Below, one piece after another: positions 56,370-64,000 of a stretch of 64,000 bases of DNA. The stretch comes from Chrysomallon squamiferum. Its lineage: Eukaryota; Animalia; Mollusca. The DNA lies in contig CM022670.1 in assembly GCA_012295275.1 (NCBI GenBank), forward strand, positions 38,130,001-38,194,000, given 5' to 3'. Position 1 is the first letter of the stretch; each line of letters begins with the position of its first letter. A program made the position numbers and the translations under genes. The notes beneath the pieces were generated by a model. That model did no database searches and was not told where the DNA came from. It worked only from the letters and a program-made list of their open reading frames with translations.

Positions 56370-56940
56370 AATATTCCTGTCCAATTTTCTAGAAATATTA
56401 TAGAGATTGCTAACAATTAATGGTGGGTTTTTTCATGTTTATTCAATACTGTCTGCATATCTTGCCATTTCTGTGCAATTTCCAAGCAATATTACCAACA
56501 TAAGATATGATTATTTTTATTGCCTGTATTCTTAGTATTTCCTAGAAATATTACCATCATTGCAAATTTTTAGCTTTTTAATTTTTGTCCTGTCCAATTT
56601 TTTCCTAGAAATATACATAATTTTTTTTTTTTAAATTTGGATTCTTCAGTCTTCCTGTCCAAGTTCTTAGAAATTTTAACAAAGTTGCAAAAATTTTTAG
56701 CTTTTTATGTTGATCCTGTCCAGTTTTCTAGAAACGTTTATATATTTTTTCTATTTGAATTATTCATCCTTCCTGTCCTATTTTCTAGAAATTTTTACCA
56801 ACATTACACATTTTTAGCTATTTTTTTTTTTTAAATCTTTTTTTATCCTGTCCAACTTTCTAGAAATTTTTACCAACACTGCAAATTTTTTAGCTTTTTC
56901 TTTTTTTTTTTTTTGCCCCGAACAGCTTCCTAGAAATATT
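56370..56940. repeat. Degenerate tandem repeat, about 55-75 bp (CCTGTCCAATTTTCTAGAAAT.TTACCAACATTGCAAATTTTTAGCTTTTT), directly 3' of the NCS-2-like stop codon
   Basis: CCTGTCC...CTAGAAA recurs about 8-9 times. Confidence 0.8.
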
Positions 56941-56987
56941 TTTTAAAAATTTTGTTTTTGTTGTTGTTGTTTTTTAATTTGAATCAC

Positions 56988-57188
56988 TCAGTCTTCCTGT
57001 CCAGTTTCTGAGTCAGCAGTTAACATCTGATAGAGGGTGGTATCAGCCAGGCAGCCTTGAATGAACTCCTCGCGAGTTAACACACCGTCCTGGTTCGTGT
57101 CCATTTTCTTGAAAATCATTTCTGTACGTTGCTGTGGCGTGTCGTCAAACGTCTTTGACAGCTGGTTGCCAAGCATGTTGTAAATAGC
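56988..57188 (-). CDS. ncs-2: Neuronal calcium sensor 2-like, terminal coding exon (EF4 and stop)
   Basis: Acceptor TTTTTGTTGTTCTCAG|GCT; 201 nt including TGA; in phase with the upstream exon across a 921-nt intron. Translation AIYNMLGNQLSKTFDDTPQQRTEMIFKKMDTNQDGVLTREEFIQGCLADTTLYQMLTADSETGQED* has EF4 loop DTNQDGVLTREE and the NCS motifs AIY.M.G and TP..R...IF..MD. Confidence 0.93.
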   Translation of the reverse strand, partial: AIYNMLGNQLSKTFDDTPQQRTEMIFKKMDTNQDGVLTREEFIQGCLADTTLYQMLTADSETGQED

Positions 57189-57225
57189 CTGAGAACAACA
57201 AAAAAAAAACAATTGAGGTCTTTAA

Positions 57226-57276
<51 letters not shown>

Positions 57277-57336
57277 TATAATAATAATAATAATAATTAT
57301 AATAATAATAATGTTTAAAAAGTAAATAAACGTAAC

Positions 57337-57912
57337 TAATGAGTCAACGTGTGTTAAATTAGTTTAAATAATGAGTCAACGTGTGTCACGTAAGTTTGAA
57401 TAATGAGTCAACGTTTGTTAAGTAAGTTTAAATAATGAGTCAATGTGTCAGATAAGTTGGATAAGTTAAAATAATGAGTCAACATGTGTTAAATAAGTTT
57501 AAATAATGAGAAAACGTGTGTTAAATAAGTTTAAATAATGAGTCAACGTGTGTCACATAAGTTTAAATAACGAGTCAACGTGCATTAAATAAGTTTAAAT
57601 AATGAGTCAACGTGTGTCACATAAGTTTAAATAATGAGTCAATATGTGTTAACTAACCTTAAATAATGAGAAAACGTTTGTTAGATAAGTTAAAATGAGT
57701 CAACATTTGTCACATCAGTTTAAATGTGTCAACGTCCGTTAAATAAGTTCAAATAATGAGTCAACGTGTGTCACATAAGTTTAAATAATGAGTTAATATG
57801 TGTTAACTAATCTTAAATAAAGAGAAAACGTGTGTTAGATAAGTTAAAATAAGGAGTCAACGAGTGTCACATAAGTTTAAATAATGAGTCAACGTGGATT
57901 GGACAAGTTTTA
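57337..57912. repeat. 32-bp intronic minisatellite (TAATGAGTCAACGTGTGT[TAA/CAC]ATAAGTTTAAA), about 18 copies
   Basis: ATGAGTCA at 57339, 57371, 57403 and onward; lies within the last intron of the NCS-2-like gene. Confidence 0.94.
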
Positions 57913-58109
57913 ATGTGTGTGTGTGTGTCTGTTTATACGGCGATTTTCTTTAGATTTTTATTTATTGGTCAAGCCTTTTTTATGCATAAATCTGCATAAA
58001 TCTTCATCATAAAATTAAAATAAAATAAAATAAAATAAAATAAAAAAACACTTTTACAAACTAACATCCCCTAAATGAACCACAAAAATCTAACTCTAAA
58101 CGGACTCAC

Positions 58110-58385
58110 TCCTATTAAACATTCCATCTCCTTTTTCTCTATCGTCCCGTTTCCGTCGATGTCGTACATTCCAAACGCCCAGTTCAGTTTGTCCCCGGCC
58201 TTGCCCTTCTGCGAGGTGATGTTGATGGCCATGAGGAATTCCTTGAACTCGATTGCGCCACTGTGGTCTTTATCAAACGATCGGAACACATGCTCACAGA
58301 AGTCGTCCGGGTTTCCTCCTGGGAAAAACTGGGCATACACCTCTTTAAACTTCTCCTTGGACAGCTGTCCTTCTGGGCAGTCTCT
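58110..58385 (-). CDS. ncs-2: Neuronal calcium sensor 2-like (NCS/recoverin family EF-hand protein), internal coding exon covering the EF1 loop to EF3
   Basis: Acceptor TTTTAACATTTTACAG|AGA and donor GGA|GTGAGT; 276 nt, phase 0 at both ends. Translation [92 protein letters not shown] carries NCS signatures DCPxG, FFPxG, HVFRxFD and WAFxMYD. Family assignment is secure; the NCS-2 subfamily label is from recalled similarity and is less certain. Confidence 0.92.
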
Positions 58386-58912
58386 CTGTAAAATGTTAAA
58401 ACGGGTTCACCTCATTAAAAGCTGCATGTTTACTGTTCTGTGTCGTGGGATTTGTGGTGCTGTTAGTGTGCATAATAATTTGAGTTATGTATATATATAT
58501 ATATATATCTTGAAAGACACAGACATAAACACACACATATACCAGTACAAACACACACATAACGACGGATATATATATATACACACATATATACATGTAT
58601 ATGTACATACATACATACACATACATATATACGTGCATAATACATACACACACACAGATGTATATCTACAATTAATATTGCTATGCCTTTATGACTTGGT
58701 ACTGTACCATGTATGCTTTGAAATACATGAATTTTTACTTATTTAGAATTTCACGGAATGGTCAACTTTCTTAAGTTACGTTGTCCGCAATTTCAAAATG
58801 GTGAAAATGTAACAAAAGTGTTTTCAGTATTAAAAAAAATCTCAATAAATAACATTATAAATATATTTTTTTACTTTGTGTCATATTCGTCTCTCATAAA
58901 AAAAAAAGAGAA

Positions 58913-58976
<64 letters not shown>

Positions 58977-60409
58977 CATAAAATAACTAGTAAAAATAAG
59001 GTAAGATGTTTATTTTATATTTTTTTAAAATGTGGAACTGGGCTGCTCTTGCTTTTACTCGATAACTTCATTATATTATGAACACATTTGTAATTTAATA
59101 ACACCAAACAGATGAACTCAACTCAGAAATTAACGGAGCAAACGCAAGTTGAAGAAGAAACAAGGAGAAGAAGATACAAGTCAGTTTTAGAAAATTAACT
59201 TCGTTTCCTGCCTCGCTGCAGACTGAAATAATTAGCGAAAAACTCCAGAGACAACCCACTCGGTCTAATTAATAAGAAAATAAAAACAAAACCCAATAAC
59301 TTCTGACAGATATATATATTATTAGTGATTACAATTCAATTACGCATTTAATTGAAACTAAATAACTCAATAACAACCACTGATCGCAATTAGGGCAACT
59401 GGATACAAATGGATAATTTGCTTTATAGCCAATTTTGTTGGTGTTGAGTGAATTCCGCCACTGTGCTTTGCAGCACCAAACAATTTGTCGGCGCTGACTG
59501 GCCGGGCCGTTTTCAACACTGATCGTTACATTTTTCCATCACCATGTGGAGAAAAAAGTTTTCTCTGAGAAACAAATTTTCAATTTGTCTTGTCTTGTCT
59601 GTAGTCGTTGTATCTTTCTGCAACCACCAAACGAAAGTTTGTCTAATCTTTGACATTCAGCTAGCCTTCTCAAACCAGTCTATGCATTTATTAGTTGTCA
59701 AGAATACGGTAGACGTAGATTTTTAATATGTGTATTATAAGCTGGTACAAATTGTTGTATAATATTTACCATTCTTAAAGAGAATAGATACGTTATGGCT
59801 TATGCATTAACTTTTTATGAATACTGTTGTTTTACTAGTATGATAAACAATATAATGTATTTTAAGCAAAACATTTTATAACAAATATAATTAATTTAGA
59901 AAATCACTATAAATAAAATGCAGACTCAGATATTATTGTATCCTTCAGTCACCATCACAGAAATGTTTGTGAAAATCTTGAAATTCACTTTTGTTTCTAA
60001 TTAAATTTTCTCCAACCTTTGTAACAGAAAACTTTCTCAGGTCTTCAAAATTCAGTTCAGCTTCTTGTTAGTAACTGTTACATTTAACTGTAACTGCCTT
60101 AGAAAAACTTTCTCTAGAAACTCGGTCGTGAGCAGATTTGAGCAGGTGTGTTACACACAACAAAGATTTCTCTAAGGAATTCAACAGACCGTCTTCTCAC
60201 CTTGTTGTGTTAGGTTTCTGCTCAGTTTTAACGCACACACATTTCTGAGAGAATATTCAATTTACCAAAAACTGCTATGTGTAATTTCATCTGTGTGATC
60301 AGGGATGCAGACGCTTCTCTTACAAATTACTTGACACTTTTGCTTTCAGTGTTTTTTATTATTATTATTATTATTATTTTTATTTTCTAAAATATGTGGC
60401 ATTATGTTA

Positions 60410-60614
60410 CATACATGCAGGCAGACAGACAAACATACAAACACAGCTACATTCAAACATGCACAATACACACAAACACATACATTCAAAAAGAACAACA
60501 ACCTACATATGGTTACATTTACACACACACACACACTCACACATACACACACAGACACTACACATACAGATGCACACATACACACACAAACACACACACA
60601 CACTCACACACAGA

Positions 60615-60682
<68 letters not shown>

Positions 60683-60740
60683 CACAGTCACTCACACACA
60701 CACAAAGACACAGACACTCACACACACACACACATACATC
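60410..60740. repeat. Compound (CA)n microsatellite block
   Basis: Direct reading. Confidence 0.9.
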
Positions 60741-62759
60741 ATCCTCTCTCTTTGTCTCATCCATTTGAACAATTCCTTCGTCTTTAACAGCAATAACTAA
60801 CCCGACACGTCCACTTGTACACCCTTCATATTAACTAAATCATGCAACGAGTCCAGAAGCAAAGTGTTCTAATTAAAACCAACATAAAATATCTGGCACT
60901 TTTCACTCAATATTTTTGCTACATGCAATTTCACTGATAGATTTTTGACATCAAGGGCTACAGATTTTTCTTCCCTGGTTCATCGATTGTGAAAAGACTG
61001 TTTAAGAAATCCATAGAACTTGGAATGTTTTATTTAACCTCATCATGACATCTGTTTTAATAAAATGTCCATAAAATAAATGCTCCTGGCTTGGCTGTAT
61101 GAGTTACTTCAGCTATTTGCAGTGGAAGAGTCTGAATAATGTGACAAACTAATACAATTCCATGCTCATATTCTGCGATGGTCATTTGTTACAGTGCTTT
61201 TATGGTATATTTTGGTGTATTCCAAAGATGGAAAGAAAGAAAGATTGAGAGAAAGAAAAAGGGGAAAGCCCCAAATTTGTATTAATTGCAAATATTTATG
61301 GTGTGTATATCATAGATGTGTTAGGTGTAAGAGTATAACAGTGGTGTTGTAAATGTTGATAAATAAAGTTATTTTAAAAATTAGCTCGAGATAATGTAGT
61401 TTTAGAACTGAAACCTTTGGCACTGTTTTGGTCTTCAAACAAAATGTGTTTGGTTGCAAGTTTATTAATATTTCATTTATTCATTCATTTGTTATTTATT
61501 TATTTATTTATTTATTTATTCATTTATTCATTTATTCATTTACACATGTTTACACTCAGCAGTATAACAATGACAGGTTAGCACCTTCCAAGACCTTTTA
61601 TAAACTTGTCACAGAGCACTGACTGGACTGGAAGATGTACAAACAGAAGTGTGTACACACAAATAGGGAATAATTCATGGATGTGGTTACAGTATAAACA
61701 ACACAATATTAAAAAACGTTATTGATATAGAAATCACTGTGTATTAGAAAAATCAAAAACAAAATATAAATACAAATATATAAAGAAAGAAATTCTCCCT
61801 ACATGTACAATAACTGTAAAGACTGTTTAAAAATGATTAAAAAATAACTAGAAAATGATGAGAATAAAAAATAACAATAATATCAATTAATAATAATAAT
61901 AATAACAATAGGACTGTAAAGAATGATTCAAGAAATGATGATAAAAATAACAACAATAATAATAATAATAACAACAATAATAATAACAATAACAATAACA
62001 ATAATAATAATAATAAAATGTTACTGATGTCATAGAGAATTTGATAACTGAAGAATTTATTTTAACGATAAAAGTACACAGATTGAAGATACACAGAACA
62101 GCACAGAATGATTCATGAAATTGTTACAGTAAAAATAACAGATAATTATCTGATAAAATCAGTTGATGTTGAAGACAATCAAATTGTGAGAACTCGAGAA
62201 ACAGTAAAAGTGTAAATATAGAACAAAAGAAATTCTCAGATGTACTTATCTATGTATGAGAAAAAAAAACACCAAGAAAACGTTATGGCATAAATAATGA
62301 ATAAATAATGAAGACACAGTTGTGAGTTCATAATTATTCATGTACCAATAACAGAAGAACTGTGGATAATTCAAGTAAAAGATTACAGTACAAAATTACA
62401 AAGGAAAAAGAAAGATTATTGATGTTCAGACCAGAGAGAAAAATTCAAGGAATATTTATGGTTACAAATAAATTATGGAAGAAAGGTTTTTGAAGAAGCA
62501 TAAATCAAAGAATAAAGTCAAGAATTTACTAATAACTGAAACACTGTGATAAAGATGTTTGTATGTTTACATCTGTGTATAAATAAAAAGATACTGAACA
62601 ACAGGAATAAAATTTGTTTAAGAAATTAAGGTACAAATAAGAATTGGATAATGAAATAAATTTTGAAATTTTAAACGTATCTATGTATAAACAGAAAAAA
62701 GTAAAGAAAAACTCAAGAAATGTATGTATGATGATATACATTAATGTACAGAATAAATC

Positions 62760-63085
62760 AAGAAATGACTATGATACAAACAACACATCACTAATAAAAG
62801 AAATATTGACATATATTAACATACAGAAAGAAACAGAATAAAAAAAAAAATGACTATGATACAAATAACTCATGATTAATAAAAGAAATATTGACATATA
62901 TTAACATACATAAAGAAACGGAATAAATGAAGAAATGACTATGATACAAACAACACATCACTAATAAAAGAAATACTGACATACATTAACATACAGAAAG
63001 AAACAGAATAACTTCAACAAATGACTACGACACAGAAAACCCAGCACTAACAAAGCGAACACTGACTCGTATTAACATGCAGATT
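62760..63085. repeat. Tandem repeat of about 85 bp, about 4 copies (AAATGACTATGATACAAA...ATTAACATACA)
   Basis: AATGACTA[T/C]GA at about 62764, 62849, 62934 and 63020. Confidence 0.85.
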
Positions 63086-63579
63086 ATTAATAAAAGAATT
63101 ATTCAAGAAACGGTCAAGGAACAGAGACAAACAATGGAAGAAGCCATCCATTAGGTTTGATGCACTTCAAACAGGCTGCCCCATCATAAACACCTGCACA
63201 CTGAGGTGATCAATCCCCCATTGCCCACACAGAGTGATTCATTTCAAGTAACTTACAAACACAGGACAGACAGCATTGCTGCTGATTACCAGGGACTGAT
63301 GAAGATGTCTCCCAGCAAGATGAAAAATATTTTATATTCCTGTTCCACACTGTAGACTAGGAGCCAGGCATAAATATTTCTGCTTGTTGTATCAAAATGT
63401 GATTTGCCGAAAAATAATCACCATCAAATCTGGAGATTTATGTAAATTTGTCATAAATGTATGTTTGTCAGTGTTTGGGGAAGATGGCTACCTCTTGGTT
63501 TTGTTTGTGTTTTTTTTTGATAGTTTGTGTTATTGGGTGAAGAGGGCAATATACTGTGCTGTAATCACTGGTTTAATTA

Positions 63580-63910
63580 CAAGGAATATAGTTTATGTAG
63601 TTTTAGTCTTAGTCTCAAGGAATATGTTATAAATAGTGTTAGTCCCAAGGAATATTTTATATGTAGTTTTATTTTCAAGTAATATGCTATACATAGTTTT
63701 ATTTTTAAGGAATATGCTATATGTAGTTTTATTTTCAAGGAATATGCTATATACAGTTTTAGTCTCAAGGAATGTCCTACATGGAGTTTTAGTTTCAAGG
63801 AATATGCTATATATAGTTTTAGTTTCAAGGAATATGCTATATATAGTTTTAGTTTCAAGGAATATGCTATATATAGTTTTAGTCTTAAGGTAAATGGCAT
63901 ATATAGTTTG
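63580..63910. repeat. 30-bp minisatellite (AGTTTCAAGGAATATGCTATATATAGTTTT), about 10 copies
   Basis: AAGGAATAT recurs every 30 bp; the unit length is a multiple of 3, which explains the repetitive ORFs on both strands. Confidence 0.92.
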
Positions 63911-64000
63911 AAATTAGTAATGCTATAATCACTGTTTCCATCTTAATGAATATTGAGGATGGATTCTCTCTTTCAGAATACATTTTTGCTAGGATGTTAG

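Noticed and set aside
58075-58746. + strand 223-aa ORF
   Set aside because: Antisense shadow of the NCS-2-like exon running into (CA)/(TA) microsatellite.
60200-60260. Possible small minus-strand exon (CAG|AAATG...CAAG|GTGAGA) as the missing first exon of the NCS-2-like gene
   Set aside because: The ATG frame stops after 4 codons and there is no similarity to an NCS N-terminus.

Overview
Eukaryotic (animal) genomic DNA that is very AT-rich, CpG-poor and dense in micro- and minisatellites. The repeat style suggests a mollusc/gastropod, but this is inference only. Almost all ORFs in the six-frame track are translations of simple repeats. The only supportable coding sequence is three spliced exons from two neuronal calcium sensor (NCS, EF-hand) genes lying head-to-tail on the minus strand. 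(1) The first coding exon of a neurocalcin/hippocalcin-like gene (CDS 2466->2089); its 3' exons were not found and probably lie left of the window. (2) The last two coding exons of a more divergent NCS-2-like paralogue (58385->58110 and 57188->56988); its first coding exon was not found and probably lies right of the window. The sequence between the genes holds several CpG-enriched islands that end in strong minus-strand splice donors. These are candidate alternative non-coding first exons of neurocalcin; the best is at about 41.7-41.9 kb with NF-Y, E-box and ETS motifs. An AUG-UGA start-stop element sits 1 nt before the neurocalcin start codon. Several unrelated minisatellites each carry a different transcription-factor consensus in the unit (AP-1, Forkhead, ARE/CNC-Maf, GATA). 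I found no prokaryotic-type system, CRISPR array, rRNA/tRNA gene or intact transposon.
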